DNA of 59,222 bases. Origin: Elusimicrobiota bacterium. Its GTDB lineage: Bacteria > Elusimicrobiota > Elusimicrobia > Elusimicrobiales > Elusimicrobiaceae. Location of the stretch: assembly GCA_031264445.1 (NCBI GenBank), contig JAISDW010000147.1, forward strand, positions 1 to 59,222, read 5' to 3'. Shown piece by piece: positions 33,019-43,259 of this stretch (position 1 is its first letter; every line of letters starts with the position of its first letter). Below the pieces are notes generated by a model. It saw only the letters and a program-made list of their open reading frames with translations. It was not told the origin of the DNA and made no database searches. Both the position numbers and the translations under genes were made by a program.

Positions 33019-34470
33019 TTACTCCAGCACTATTTTGTAGTCTTCCCAGGCAAGCTGAGGGTCGCTCTGCACTTTGACGCTGCGGTGGATATTCTGCTCT
33101 ATCACGCTCTGGCGCTGGCGTATGTATTCTGCCAGCGCGGGATGCACCACCAGGCGCAGCGTGCCGCCCGGGCGGCCCTGGGTAAGGTCGTAAATTTCGC
33201 GCTGGATTTGTATGCGCATGCTCTCGTCGCTAAGCACGCGGCCGGAGCCGCGGCACTGCGGGCATTCTTCGGTAATCAGGCTGCCCGTGCTTTCTTTTTT
33301 GCGCTCGCGCGTCATTTCCACAAGGCCAAGGCGCGTGATGGGAAGTATCCTGATTTTGGCCCTGTCGCGCTTGACGGCGTCGTTAAGAGCGTCCACCACT
33401 TTATGGCGGTTGGAGGCCTTTTTCATGTCAATAAAATCTATCACTATAATGCCGCCGATATTGCGCAGCCGCAGCTGGTGCGCTACTGCGTAGGCGGCTT
33501 CAATATTGGTCTGGGTTACGGTTTCTTCCTGTGATTTATTGCCCGTATATTTGCCGGTGTTTACGTCTATGGCGCACAGGGATTCCGCCTCCTGTATTAT
33601 AATGCTGCCACCATTGCCAAGCGGCAGTTTTGTGCGGCGCAGTTTTTCAATTTCTTCTTCAATATTAAAAGCCTCGAATATCGGCGTTTTGGCGGTGTAA
33701 AGTTTTATTCTGTCCTTAAGCTCCGGCGAGATTTTGGCGACAAAATCCAAAACCTTCTCGTAATCTTTTTTATTGTCAAGCATATAGAGCCTGACATTAT
33801 CGCTGAGAATATCGCGCGATACCTGCAAAACGCCGTCCATATCCTCGTGCAGGGCGGAGGGCGCGGGCACGCGCTCAAACTTGGTGATAATAGTCTTCCA
33901 CTGGCGGTAGAGGTATTTGATTTCCTTTTCAAGCTCGTCTTCGCTGGCTTCTTCCGCCTCGGTACGTACGATGCAGCCCATGTTGTCAAGATGCTTTGCG
34001 GCAAGACGCTGCACCATTTCGTTGAGGCGCTCGCGCTTTTCGTCGTCTTCTATATTTTTTGACACTCCCACAAAACGCTGATGGGGCGTAAGCACCAGAT
34101 AGCGCCCGGGCAGCGTGACGTCCATAGTAACCTTCATGCCCTTGGTGCCTATGGCGTCTTTGACGACCTGCACCATAACTTCCTGCCCTTTGTGCAGGAT
34201 TTTGTCTATCGGGCGCTTATCGCCGTCAATGACGTCGGAAATATAAAGATATGCGTTCTTTTCGTAGCCGATATTCAAAAACGCGCTTGATATGCCGGGC
34301 AGCACGTTTTCCACCAAAGCCTTGTAGATATTGCCGACTATGTTTAAAGAGCCCCTGCGCTCCCACATAAGCTCGGCGAGTACGCCGTCTTCAAGTATGG
34401 CTATTCTTGTTTCTTCAAAAGAGGTGTTGACCAGCACCTCAACTTTAGGGTCATCTGAAATTCTGCTCAT
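33019..34470 (-). CDS. rng: Ribonuclease G/E family (Rne/Rng)
   Basis: S1 domain NIVGNIYKALVENVLPGISSAFLNIG, catalytic LCAIDVNTGKYTG..EAA.AVAHQLRLRNIGGIIVIDFID, and zinc-link CPQCRGSG. Confidence 0.88.
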   Translation of the reverse strand: MSRISDDPKVEVLVNTSFEETRIAILEDGVLAELMWERRGSLNIVGNIYKALVENVLPGISSAFLNIGYEKNAYLYISDVIDGDKRPIDKILHKGQEVMVQVVKDAIGTKGMKVTMDVTLPGRYLVLTPHQRFVGVSKNIEDDEKRERLNEMVQRLAAKHLDNMGCIVRTEAEEASEDELEKEIKYLYRQWKTIITKFERVPAPSALHEDMDGVLQVSRDILSDNVRLYMLDNKKDYEKVLDFVAKISPELKDRIKLYTAKTPIFEAFNIEEEIEKLRRTKLPLGNGGSIIIQEAESLCAIDVNTGKYTGNKSQEETVTQTNIEAAYAVAHQLRLRNIGGIIVIDFIDMKKASNRHKVVDALNDAVKRDRAKIRILPITRLGLVEMTRERKKESTGSLITEECPQCRGSGRVLSDESMRIQIQREIYDLTQGRPGGTLRLVVHPALAEYIRQRQSVIEQNIHRSVKVQSDPQLAWEDYKIVLE

Positions 34471-34474
34471 TTAT

Positions 34475-35125
34475 TTAACTCTCCTGCACCGCTTCCGGCG
34501 TACCGGCCGCGTTTTGCCACAGCAGCGCGCCGCGCAGTATTTCAGGCCCGCGCCCCTGCACTTCCAGGCCGGGCAACATCGTTAATATCTGCCGCATGCC
34601 TATACTCCTGAGGGCGTCAAGCCTTATTATAATTTCTATGCCGCCGGCGATACCGTTTATACCGTATATTGCCGGCCTTATATTTTTAAACTCCCTTAAC
34701 CCGTTGGGGTGGACGACTTCATAATCTATATTTTTGCAGTCTTTTATTTTTTCGGCGTCGCATTTGACGCCGGTTATTATATATTTTGCAAAGACGGCCA
34801 GATTTTCCACCGCACTTATGGCATAGGGGACTTCAATTACGTTTTCCAGCTTAAACCCGCCGGTTATAAACGGGGCGAGTTTTAAATTTATCTCTTCCGC
34901 CGGCGCATATCGCGCGAGGCAGATGTCGGCGTATTCGCAATTGCAGGCTTCATCGTCTGCCGCGGCCGGGCCGAGGCTGAACTTCGGCCGGCCTTTGTGA
35001 AGCGCGGGCGTAAGGCCGCCCGCCGTCAGCGCGTTTAATAACATATCGCGCAATCCGCGCCGTAATGCGCCGGCGCTTTTACTGAACCTAAGCCTGAATT
35101 TAAAAATACGCTCTGTATTAATCAT
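34475..35125 (-). CDS. DUF2344 / TIGR03936-like radical-SAM-associated protein
   Basis: FKFRLRFSK..L..MLLNALTAGGL.....GRPKFSLGPAA pattern and the frequent neighbourhood with rng and rodA. Weakly conserved. Confidence 0.5.
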   Translation of the reverse strand: MINTERIFKFRLRFSKSAGALRRGLRDMLLNALTAGGLTPALHKGRPKFSLGPAAADDEACNCEYADICLARYAPAEEINLKLAPFITGGFKLENVIEVPYAISAVENLAVFAKYIITGVKCDAEKIKDCKNIDYEVVHPNGLREFKNIRPAIYGINGIAGGIEIIIRLDALRSIGMRQILTMLPGLEVQGRGPEILRGALLWQNAAGTPEAVQES

Positions 35126-35132
35126 ACCATTT

Positions 35133-36479
35133 TTAAACTACCGATAATCTGCGGCTGTAGACGGACTGCACTACCCCGAAGGCCCACATGCTCGCCACCA
35201 GGTTGGAGCCGCCGTAAGAAATAAAAGGCAGCGGCACGCCCGCCACGGGCACAAAACCTATAAGCATGCCGAAGTTAACCAGCATATAAGTAAAAAATAT
35301 GCCAAAAACACCGCAGCAGACAAGGCTGCCGTAAATGTCGCTGGCCGCTTTTGCTATTATTGCGACGCGCCATAATAAAATCATATATAAAGCCAGCACG
35401 CCCAGCGTGCCAAAGCGCCCCAGTTCCTCGCCGAGGACGGCTAAAATGAAGTCGGTATGCTTCTCCGGCACAAAGCCGAGCTTTGACTGCGTGCCTGAAA
35501 ACAGCCCCTTGCCAGTAACGCCGCCCGCGCCCATTGCAATCTGCGCCTGCAGCACATTGTAGCCCGCGCCTTTTGGGTCGGCTTCGGGATATAAAAAGGC
35601 CTCTATCCTTTTGCGCTGGTAATTTTTGAGATGCTTGTTAACTAAAAACCCGCCCCAGAAGCCCGCTATAACCGCGCCGGCCATAATAAAAACAAATACA
35701 GCGGGCAGATATACGCGGAACAGCTTTAAGCCGCGCCACACAAGCGCGGCCATAGCCAGCACCGCCGCGCAGAAGCCCGCCGCGTAAACCCAGTTATGCG
35801 CCATGCGGCCGACTATGTACATAAGGGCGTTTGTCTCCATAACTTCGGGGCGCAAGGCGGTAAAAGTCCACATTACGGGAAACGCGGCCGCCGCCAGCGC
35901 AAATGCACCCAGCAGCGCGAAGTAAAATAAATTAACGCCGGCCGCGTAAAGCATAATAAGCAGCGCGGGCGCGGTAATTACCAGCGATGAAAAATCCGGC
36001 TGAAGCATGATAAGCAGGAACGCCGGCACAATAAGCAGGCCGAAAAAAAACAAAGTTTTAAATTCTTTTATATTCCTGCTATTGCGCGTAAGGAAAGCGG
36101 CCGCAACCAGAACCAAAGCTATGCGGCAGATTTCAGCCGGCTGCATGGAAAACGGCCCCAGCCTGAACCACCCGCTGGTATTGCGCACGACCGTGCCCGC
36201 AAAAAGCACCGTGGCCAGAAGCGTCAGGATAAAAACATAAACGGCTTTCCATTGTTCATTATAAATCTGGTAATTGAACAGCCAGCCGAACAGAAAGGCC
36301 CCGGCCGCCAGCGGCACCGCGGCGATATATTTATGCACTATCTCCCCGCCGAAAGACAGCCCGCCCGCGGCCGACAATACCACTAAAAACCCGACAGTAA
36401 TCAACATAAACAACGCGGCAAGCAGCGTATAGTCAAGCTTGCGTCTTTTTATAATCTGGCCCGATAATTTCATTATCAT
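35133..36479 (-). CDS. rodA: Rod shape-determining protein RodA (SEDS family)
   Basis: About 10 TM helices, SEDS motifs QPDFSSLVI and HTDFILAVLGEELG..GVPLPFISYGGS. Downstream of mrdA. Confidence 0.85.
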   Translation of the reverse strand: MIMKLSGQIIKRRKLDYTLLAALFMLITVGFLVVLSAAGGLSFGGEIVHKYIAAVPLAAGAFLFGWLFNYQIYNEQWKAVYVFILTLLATVLFAGTVVRNTSGWFRLGPFSMQPAEICRIALVLVAAAFLTRNSRNIKEFKTLFFFGLLIVPAFLLIMLQPDFSSLVITAPALLIMLYAAGVNLFYFALLGAFALAAAAFPVMWTFTALRPEVMETNALMYIVGRMAHNWVYAAGFCAAVLAMAALVWRGLKLFRVYLPAVFVFIMAGAVIAGFWGGFLVNKHLKNYQRKRIEAFLYPEADPKGAGYNVLQAQIAMGAGGVTGKGLFSGTQSKLGFVPEKHTDFILAVLGEELGRFGTLGVLALYMILLWRVAIIAKAASDIYGSLVCCGVFGIFFTYMLVNFGMLIGFVPVAGVPLPFISYGGSNLVASMWAFGVVQSVYSRRLSVV

Positions 36480-36480
36480 T

Positions 36481-38247
36481 TTATTTAATCCCGTAGAAAG
36501 CTTTTATGACTTCGCGCGCAACGGGGGCCGCCGCACCCGCGCCGCCTTTGCCGTGCTCGATAAGAACGGCGATTGCAAAATCAGGCTCCTGCCCTTCGCG
36601 CGCGGAAAAGGCGACAAACCAGCCGTGATCGTCGCCGTGCGGGTTCTGCGCGGTGCCTGTTTTGCCATAAACGTCTATGCCCTTTATCCTGGCCGCGCGG
36701 CCCGTGGCATTATCCACCACGTCTTTTAAAGATTGTTGTATAAGCTCGTACACGCCGTCTTTAAGCTTAGCCTCCGCCAGTTGCTGCGGTGCGGATACAA
36801 AAGTATTTTTGCCGTCGGCGTCGGTAATGCGCTCTATATAATAAGGCCGCCATATTTTGCCCTTGCTTGCCAGAGCCGCGGCGAAAACGGCCATCTGCAC
36901 GGGCGTCACAAGCAGCTCGCCTTGGCCGATGGAGAGATTTAAAGTATCCCCGCCGAACCAGTAAGTCTTATTGCGCGCGCGCTTGGCCGGCCCGTAAAGA
37001 TTGCCGGATTTTTCAAAAGGCAAATCAATGCCGGTCTGCCGGCCGAAGCGGAACATCCTTTCAATCTGCTCTATATGCGACGCGCCGGTCTTTAGGCCCA
37101 GCGTGTAAAAATAAGTATCGCACGACTGCGCCATGCCCTTCATAAAATCTATATGTTCCCCGTGGCGGTGCCAGCACTTAAATTCGCGCCCGTTCAGGAC
37201 TATTTTGCCCGTGCAGTTTACCTCCTCGTGCACGTCAAGGCGGTCAGTCTGCGCCGCGGCTATGGCCGTAATTATCTTGAAAGGCGACGCCGGCGGATAC
37301 ATACCCTGTATGGCCAGATTATATTCGGGTATGGAAATTTTTTTGCTTTGCAAAGCCTCTTCGTCGCCGTAGGGGGTAAAAATATTCGGGTCAAAATCCG
37401 GCGCGGAGGCCATGGCCAGAACGGCGCCCGTCTTGGGGTCAAGCGCGACTACGGCCCCGCGGCCCGTAAGGGAATTTTTTATGCCGTCCTGCGCGGCCTG
37501 CTGCGCTTCAAAATTGAGCGTGGTATAAATGTCGCTACCGGCGCGCCACTTATTGTCTTTTATAATTCGTTTGACGCGGCCCACGTGGTCAACTTCAAGC
37601 ATAAGCCCGCCGTCGCGGCCTTTTAAATCCGCTTCATAATGTTTTTCTATGCCGCTTTTGCCTATTCTGGAATTGAGCCTGTAATCCGCGTCCCCGCCCA
37701 GCCGCAGCCAGGATTTATTATCCATAGCGCCCATATAGCCTATCATATGCGAAGCAAAAGGCCCGGGCGGATAATATCTTTTGGTCTCCTCCAGTATATA
37801 AAGGCCTGAGTAATAGACCCGCAGCTCCGCCGCGGCAAAGATTTTACGGGGCGAAACATTCTGCAGCAGCAGCGTGGCCTTGCCGCTTTTGAACGCGCTG
37901 TTAAGCTTGAGCAGAACTTCTTCTTTAGGCATGGACAGATGCAGCGATATATCCGCCGCGAGCGCGTCGGTATATTCTTTATCCGGCGGGCGGCCGGCGG
38001 GCATATAATAGAGGCTGAATGCCGGCAGATTGCCGGCTATTACCGCGCCGTTGCTTGCAAGAATTCTGCCGCGCGGCGCGGTCTGGTAAATAATCTGCGT
38101 GCGGTTTTCCTCAGCCGCGCGCGCATAATGCCGGTGCGAAACCAGTTGTATATCAATAAGCCGCCAGGCTATTACAGCGCCCGCGCAGCATGCCAGTATA
38201 ATAAGGACGCGCAAACGCCGCGCGTTAAAGAATTGAGCGGTTTTCAT
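36481..38247 (-). CDS. mrdA: Penicillin-binding protein 2 (elongasome transpeptidase)
   Basis: Motifs PPASPFKI (SxxK), SCDTYF (SxN-like) and GKTGTAQ (KTG). N-terminal TM anchor. Confidence 0.88.
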   Translation of the reverse strand: MKTAQFFNARRLRVLIILACCAGAVIAWRLIDIQLVSHRHYARAAEENRTQIIYQTAPRGRILASNGAVIAGNLPAFSLYYMPAGRPPDKEYTDALAADISLHLSMPKEEVLLKLNSAFKSGKATLLLQNVSPRKIFAAAELRVYYSGLYILEETKRYYPPGPFASHMIGYMGAMDNKSWLRLGGDADYRLNSRIGKSGIEKHYEADLKGRDGGLMLEVDHVGRVKRIIKDNKWRAGSDIYTTLNFEAQQAAQDGIKNSLTGRGAVVALDPKTGAVLAMASAPDFDPNIFTPYGDEEALQSKKISIPEYNLAIQGMYPPASPFKIITAIAAAQTDRLDVHEEVNCTGKIVLNGREFKCWHRHGEHIDFMKGMAQSCDTYFYTLGLKTGASHIEQIERMFRFGRQTGIDLPFEKSGNLYGPAKRARNKTYWFGGDTLNLSIGQGELLVTPVQMAVFAAALASKGKIWRPYYIERITDADGKNTFVSAPQQLAEAKLKDGVYELIQQSLKDVVDNATGRAARIKGIDVYGKTGTAQNPHGDDHGWFVAFSAREGQEPDFAIAVLIEHGKGGAGAAAPVAREVIKAFYGIK

Positions 38248-38740
38248 TGCCTCTCCCGCCGGCGGAACGCATAAAATATTTAACAGTGAACAGATACATA
38301 ACCGGCATAAGCAGGCCGGTGATTATTGAACCGAGCACAAAGCTCTTCAATCCCTGCCACAAAAATACGCCGGTAAAAATTTTGCCGAAAACCCCGTAAA
38401 CCAGCGTGGCCGCCATGTTTATAACGCAGGTGAGCACAACTTGCGGGCCGACTCCATTAAAATCTATTTTATTTTCAATCTTATGGAAAGCAAAGACGAG
38501 CAGAGTAAACACCAGCGCGTACCCGCCGAACATCGCATCGGCGAAAAAATCCAAAAATAAACCGCAGAAAAACGCAAAAGTATAAGCGCGGGCGCGGCCA
38601 GCGCACGCGGCCGTAATAAGCGCGAAAACAAGCATAACCCCGACGTTTATATCCAGCGGGGAGAATATTTCCACAAACACCCAGTGTAAAAGCGTGGCAA
38701 GAACAAAAACCGCAAAAGTCCCAAAGAATTTTAAAATCAT
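38225..38740 (-). CDS. mreD: Rod shape-determining protein MreD
   Basis: Small polytopic membrane protein between mreC and mrdA. 4-nt overlap with the mreC stop. Confidence 0.7.
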   Translation of the reverse strand: MILKFFGTFAVFVLATLLHWVFVEIFSPLDINVGVMLVFALITAACAGRARAYTFAFFCGLFLDFFADAMFGGYALVFTLLVFAFHKIENKIDFNGVGPQVVLTCVINMAATLVYGVFGKIFTGVFLWQGLKSFVLGSIITGLLMPVMYLFTVKYFMRSAGGRGNENRSIL

Positions 38741-39663
38741 TTTTTGCTCTCCCGCCGCGGCGCGGCCGCGCCGCCCTGCGCCGGCCCGAACATAGGCGCG
38801 AGTATAAGCACTTCTTTGACGCTCAGCGGGTCAACGGCCAGCTTAAGCGGCGGCGCAATGAAGACAGAACCTTCCTCGCCGCGCGCCGCGGCGGAGGCAA
38901 GCGCGCCTATCAAAACGCCGTCGGGGAATAAAGCGCTTGAAACGGAGGTATAAACTTTTTCCCCCTCGGTTATCCGCGCTTCAAGCGGGATATATTTTGC
39001 CGCCATACCGCCGCGCCCGCTGCCGGCGGCCAGACATTCAATACGGCTCTGCGACAGGAAAGCCGTCACAGAAAAATCCTCATCGGTGCTCAGCAGGATT
39101 TTGGAAGTATTCGGCGTAACCTCTATAACTTTGCCAAGCAGGCCCACAACGCCGTCGTCAACGCCGATTACCGGCGCACGCAGTTCCACCCCGTCGGAGG
39201 AACCTTTATCCGCTATAACCATACTGCGGCGGCTGGGTTCGCGGTAGGCGATTTTGGCCCAGACGCCGGCCCATTTGGTCTGTTTAAAAATATTTAAAAT
39301 ATTGCTGAGGCGTTCGTTTTCATTACGCAGGACTTCGGTTTGCGCATTATCTATCCTGAGACGGGCGATTTCGTCTTTGAGTTCGCTGTTTTCGGCGGCG
39401 GCGTTAATGAGATTCCTGACAGCGTCGCCCGTGCCGCCGAGATAGCCCGCGACCGCATTGGCCGCGCGCAGCTGCGGGATAAAGACATAAGAAAGCGCCA
39501 CCCGCGCCGAATTGACGGGCTTCTGCAAAGGCAAAACCATGACGAGCAGCGCCAGCAGCCCGTAAAACACGGGCAACCAGCGCAGATAAGCGCCGTCATA
39601 ATTTTCTGATTTTTTTTTACTGGTTTTATCTCTTTGCATATTATTCCAGGCCGCATACAGCAA
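38737..39663 (-). CDS. mreC: Rod shape-determining protein MreC
   Basis: TM anchor, coiled coil ENSELKDEIARLRIDNAQTEVLRNENERL, and beta-barrel domain with VIGVDDGVVGLLGKVIEV. Start (M1 versus M9) uncertain. Confidence 0.8.
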   Translation of the reverse strand: MLYAAWNNMQRDKTSKKKSENYDGAYLRWLPVFYGLLALLVMVLPLQKPVNSARVALSYVFIPQLRAANAVAGYLGGTGDAVRNLINAAAENSELKDEIARLRIDNAQTEVLRNENERLSNILNIFKQTKWAGVWAKIAYREPSRRSMVIADKGSSDGVELRAPVIGVDDGVVGLLGKVIEVTPNTSKILLSTDEDFSVTAFLSQSRIECLAAGSGRGGMAAKYIPLEARITEGEKVYTSVSSALFPDGVLIGALASAAARGEEGSVFIAPPLKLAVDPLSVKEVLILAPMFGPAQGGAAAPRRESKK

Positions 39664-39728
39664 AAAACGGGCGTCTCCGGTTAAAGAGCACCCGTTTTAT
39701 AATAGCAGAAATCCGCGGCAGCAAAAGC

Positions 39729-40748
39729 CTATTTCTTTATTTTGCCTTCCGCTAAAAATTCCAAATACTTGCCGGTGCCCAAAGCGACGCAGCACAGAGG
39801 GTTTTCCGCGCGGTGGACGGGGATATCCGTCTCTTTATGTATAAGGTCCGTTATTCCGCGCAGCAGTGAGCCGCCGCCAGCCACCACCAGCCCGCGGTCG
39901 ACAAGGTCGGCGGCGAGTTCCGGCGGGGTTTCCTCAAGAGTGCTTTTTACAAGCTCAACTATAGTCCGCGCGGGCTCAAGCAGAGCCTGGCGGATTTCTT
40001 CGGAGGTCACAGTCATCGTGCGGGGCAGGCCCTGCGTCTGGTCGCGCCCTTTTACTTCCATGGAAACCTCATCTTCCTGAGGGTAAACCGAGCCGATTTT
40101 TATTTTAACGTCCTCGGCAGTAGTCTCCCCCACGATGAGATTATATTTTTTGCGGAAATACTGGATAATGCACTCGGTGAGTTCGTCGCCGGCGATATCT
40201 ATTGATTTTGCAACCACCATGCCGCCCAGCGATATTACCGCCACTTCCGTAGTGCCGCCGCCGATATCAACTATCATGCTGGCGTGCGGCTCGGTTATGG
40301 GCAGGTCGGCGCCCATGGCCGAAGCCATGGGCTCTTCTATAAGATAAACTTCGCGCGCGCCCGCCTGTTTGGCGGCGTCTTCCACCGCGCGGCGTTCAAC
40401 GCCCGTGATGTCCGACGGTATGCCGATTACAATGCGCGGACGCAGAAGGCTTTTGCGCGTGTGCACCTTGCGGATGAAATAACGTATCATTTCCTGCGTG
40501 ACGTCAAAATCCGCTATCACGCCGTTTTTCATCGGCCGCACCGCTACTATGTTCGCGGGCGTCCTGCCGAGCATCTGCTTGGCGGTGCTGCCTACGGCTT
40601 TGACTTCGCCGCTGTCCCTGTCAAGCGCGACGACGGAAGGCTCGCTCAGCACTATGCCTTTATCTTTAACATAGATAAGGCAGTTTGCAGTGCCAAGGTC
40701 CATACCCATATCGTTTGACAGCAGGCCGCTTAAATAATCTATAAGCAT
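39729..40748 (-). CDS. mreB: Rod shape-determining protein MreB
   Basis: [25 protein letters not shown] and [16 protein letters not shown] actin-fold motifs. Confidence 0.93.
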   Translation of the reverse strand: MLIDYLSGLLSNDMGMDLGTANCLIYVKDKGIVLSEPSVVALDRDSGEVKAVGSTAKQMLGRTPANIVAVRPMKNGVIADFDVTQEMIRYFIRKVHTRKSLLRPRIVIGIPSDITGVERRAVEDAAKQAGAREVYLIEEPMASAMGADLPITEPHASMIVDIGGGTTEVAVISLGGMVVAKSIDIAGDELTECIIQYFRKKYNLIVGETTAEDVKIKIGSVYPQEDEVSMEVKGRDQTQGLPRTMTVTSEEIRQALLEPARTIVELVKSTLEETPPELAADLVDRGLVVAGGGSLLRGITDLIHKETDIPVHRAENPLCCVALGTGKYLEFLAEGKIKK

Positions 40749-41093
40749 TTATTCCACCAGTTTTACGATGGCTACTTCCGCATTGTCGCCCTTCCTGATG
40801 CCGGCCTTGTAGATGCGGGTATAGCCGCCGTCCCTTTTGGCATATCTTTCAGGCAGGACTTCAACCAGCTTCCTGTAAGCCGCGGCGTCTTTTACGGCGT
40901 TTTTGAGCGCCGGCTTGTCGCCCGCTTTGGCGAGGGTTATAAGCCCGTCCACCTCGCGGCGGACTTCCTTGGCTTTTTGCAGCGTGGTTTTTACCTCTTC
41001 GTGCAGGACTATGCTTACCGCCATATTGGACAGCATCGCCCTTTTGTGCGACGGCGTCCTGCCGAGTTTGCGGTGTCCGGTATTTTTAATCAT
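40749..41093 (-). CDS. rplQ: 50S ribosomal protein L17
   Basis: GHRKLGRTPSHKRAML signature. Follows rpoA. Confidence 0.93.
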   Translation of the reverse strand: MIKNTGHRKLGRTPSHKRAMLSNMAVSIVLHEEVKTTLQKAKEVRREVDGLITLAKAGDKPALKNAVKDAAAYRKLVEVLPERYAKRDGGYTRIYKAGIRKGDNAEVAIVKLVE

Positions 41094-41107
41094 TTTAAAG
41101 TCGCTCC

Positions 41108-42079
41108 TTAGATTTTCATGCCGAGTGCAAGATTCATATCGGCCAGTTTTATTTTGACCTCTTCCATAGACCTTGCCCCGAAATTCTTTACCATCTTCAG
41201 CTGGGCTTCGCTCTTGCCCACAAGATCGCGTACGGTTTTGATGCCTTCGGCTTTAAGACAGTTGACCGAGCGGGAAGAAAGCTCAATAAAATCAACCGAC
41301 TGGGAGAGGATTTCCTCCTGCTTGTCGCTGAGCTCGGGCGCTTCGGCGGCTTCCTGCGCCTGCGGCGCGGCGGCGGAGGGTTCTTCCTCGGGAATTTCGC
41401 CTTCTATCGTGAAGATATGAAGCGATTTGGAAAGCAATACCGCCGCTTTATGCAGCGCTTTGCGCGGCTCAAGCGTGCCGTCGGTGGTGATTTCAAAGAT
41501 GAGCCTGTCATAGTCGGTCTTCTGGCCGACGCGCGCGGGCTCAACGTCATAATGCACCTTAAGAATAGGCGAGAAAATTGCGTCTATCGGCATAAAACCC
41601 GCGGGGCGCGTGCCCTTGGCGGATTCTTCGCCGTAGCCTTTGCCTTTGGAAATTTCAATTTCCATGCGGACTGCGCCGCCCGCCTCCAGCGTGCAGATAA
41701 CCAAATCTTTGTTTATAATCTCAATCCCGTCGCTGGCGGAAATGTTTTTTGCGGTCACCGCGCCGGGTTTTTTGGCCTCAAGCGTAAGGTATTCGCGCGT
41801 TTTGCCTTCCATCTTCACTCTTAATTTTTTGAGGTTTAAGAGGATTTGGATAATATCTTCCTTGACATTAGGGATTGTGCTGAACTCGTGCGTGGTGCCT
41901 TCAACGCGCACGGCCGTGACGGCCGCGCCTTCAAGGCCGGCAAGCAAAATCCTGCGAAGCGAATTGCCCACAGTGTGGCCAAGGCCGCTTTCATAAGGCT
42001 CCGCCGTGAATTTGCCGTAGGCGGCGCTTTCGCTTTCCGTCTTTATATTTTTGGGTAATACTAAATTATCAAAAGCCAT
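41108..42079 (-). CDS. rpoA: DNA-directed RNA polymerase alpha subunit
   Basis: GHTVGNSLRRILL and C-terminal IELSSRSVNCLKAEGIKTVRDL. Confidence 0.95.
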   Translation of the reverse strand: MAFDNLVLPKNIKTESESAAYGKFTAEPYESGLGHTVGNSLRRILLAGLEGAAVTAVRVEGTTHEFSTIPNVKEDIIQILLNLKKLRVKMEGKTREYLTLEAKKPGAVTAKNISASDGIEIINKDLVICTLEAGGAVRMEIEISKGKGYGEESAKGTRPAGFMPIDAIFSPILKVHYDVEPARVGQKTDYDRLIFEITTDGTLEPRKALHKAAVLLSKSLHIFTIEGEIPEEEPSAAAPQAQEAAEAPELSDKQEEILSQSVDFIELSSRSVNCLKAEGIKTVRDLVGKSEAQLKMVKNFGARSMEEVKIKLADMNLALGMKI

Positions 42080-42091
42080 TTTGCCTCCGGA

Positions 42092-42733
42092 TTATTTGGA
42101 ATAATGCTCTACTATGAGCTGGTCGTTGACGGGGTAGCTGCTTTCGCTCCTGTCGGGCCAGCGCAGCAGCGTGGCGGTGTTTTTGCCCGCGTCAAATTCA
42201 AGGAAACTTGGGCGCAGCGTGCGTTTGGCGGCGTCTTCAAGCCCCTGCTTTACGCCGACATTATCAGCGAGTTTGGAGACAAGCGCCACTTTATCGCCGG
42301 GTTTGAGCTGGTAAGAAGGCACATTGACCGCTTTATCGTTGACTTTAATGTGGCCGTGCAAAACCAGCTGGCGCGCCGTCCTCATGGAGGAGGCGAAGCC
42401 CGCGCGTTTTACGATATTATCAAGCCTGGTTTCAAGGTATTTGAAAAACTGCTCGCCCGTCTGGCCGGTGGCTTTGGAGGCTTTGGCAAACAAGTTTGCA
42501 AAGGGCACCTCGCCCATGCCGGACATGAAACGGGCTTTCTGCTTTTCCTTGAGACGTATGCCGTATTCGGAAAGTTTGGCCCTTCTGGGGCCGCCTTTTG
42601 CGCCTCTTTTGCCGGCCGCGGCGGCGGCCAGCTTATCCATAACGCAGTTGCTGTAGCATTTGGCGCCTTTCAAGAAAAGTTTCGCCGACATCTTTCTGCA
42701 TTTTTTGCAGCTTGGTCCTGTGTATCTTGACAT
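42092..42733 (-). CDS. rpsD: 30S ribosomal protein S4
   Basis: MSRYTGPSCKKCRK and S4 RNA-binding domain RLDNIVKRAGFASSMRTARQLVLHGHIKVN. Confidence 0.95.
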   Translation of the reverse strand: MSRYTGPSCKKCRKMSAKLFLKGAKCYSNCVMDKLAAAAAGKRGAKGGPRRAKLSEYGIRLKEKQKARFMSGMGEVPFANLFAKASKATGQTGEQFFKYLETRLDNIVKRAGFASSMRTARQLVLHGHIKVNDKAVNVPSYQLKPGDKVALVSKLADNVGVKQGLEDAAKRTLRPSFLEFDAGKNTATLLRWPDRSESSYPVNDQLIVEHYSK

Positions 42734-42738
42734 AATTT

Positions 42739-43176
42739 TTATACTCTCCTGGCTTTAGGGGGTCTGCAACCGTTGTGCGGTATGGGGGTTACGTCTTTGA
42801 TGGAGGTAACCGTAAGCCCTGCCTGCTGCAGGGCGCGGACGGCCGTTTCCCTTCCCTGGCCCGGGCCGCATACTTTGACGGCAACTTCTTTCATGCCGAG
42901 GGTTACGGCCTTTTCACCCAATTTATTGCAGGTTATCTGCGCGGCGAAGGGCGTGCCTTTTTTGGTGCCCTTAAACCCGTGCGAGCCTGACGTGGACCAT
43001 AATAAAGTGCCGCCTTTGTCGTCGGTGACGGTCACTATGGTGTTATTGAAAGAGCAATTGATATGCACCATGCCGTGCGCGGGCACTTTTACGCTTCTTT
43101 TCCTGGTTTTTGCGGCCTCAGCCTTGGCCGGCGCGGCCGCGGCGGGGGCGGTTTCTTTTTTGATTTCTTCTGCCAT
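42739..43176 (-). CDS. rpsK: 30S ribosomal protein S11 (Ala/Lys-rich N-terminal extension)
   Basis: [31 protein letters not shown]. Confidence 0.95.
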   Translation of the reverse strand: MAEEIKKETAPAAAAPAKAEAAKTRKRSVKVPAHGMVHINCSFNNTIVTVTDDKGGTLLWSTSGSHGFKGTKKGTPFAAQITCNKLGEKAVTLGMKEVAVKVCGPGQGRETAVRALQQAGLTVTSIKDVTPIPHNGCRPPKARRV

Positions 43177-43259
43177 TGTTTTTTACCTTTAAAATATTAG
43201 CTTTTATCCGTCGCGCGGCTTATTATCCTTCTCGCGCCGCCGCGACGCAATGAAAACTG

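Noticed and set aside
42104-42730. Long ORFs antisense to conserved genes (42104-42730 vs rpsD, 55072-55878 vs rplC, 49423-50121 vs rplE, 17430-17996 vs gcvPA, 15583-16095 vs gcvPB, 12142-12726 vs the AsmA-like gene, and others)
   Set aside because: The opposite strand encodes unmistakable conserved proteins. GC-rich coding regions commonly give open antisense frames, and none has SD or start context or recognisable motifs.
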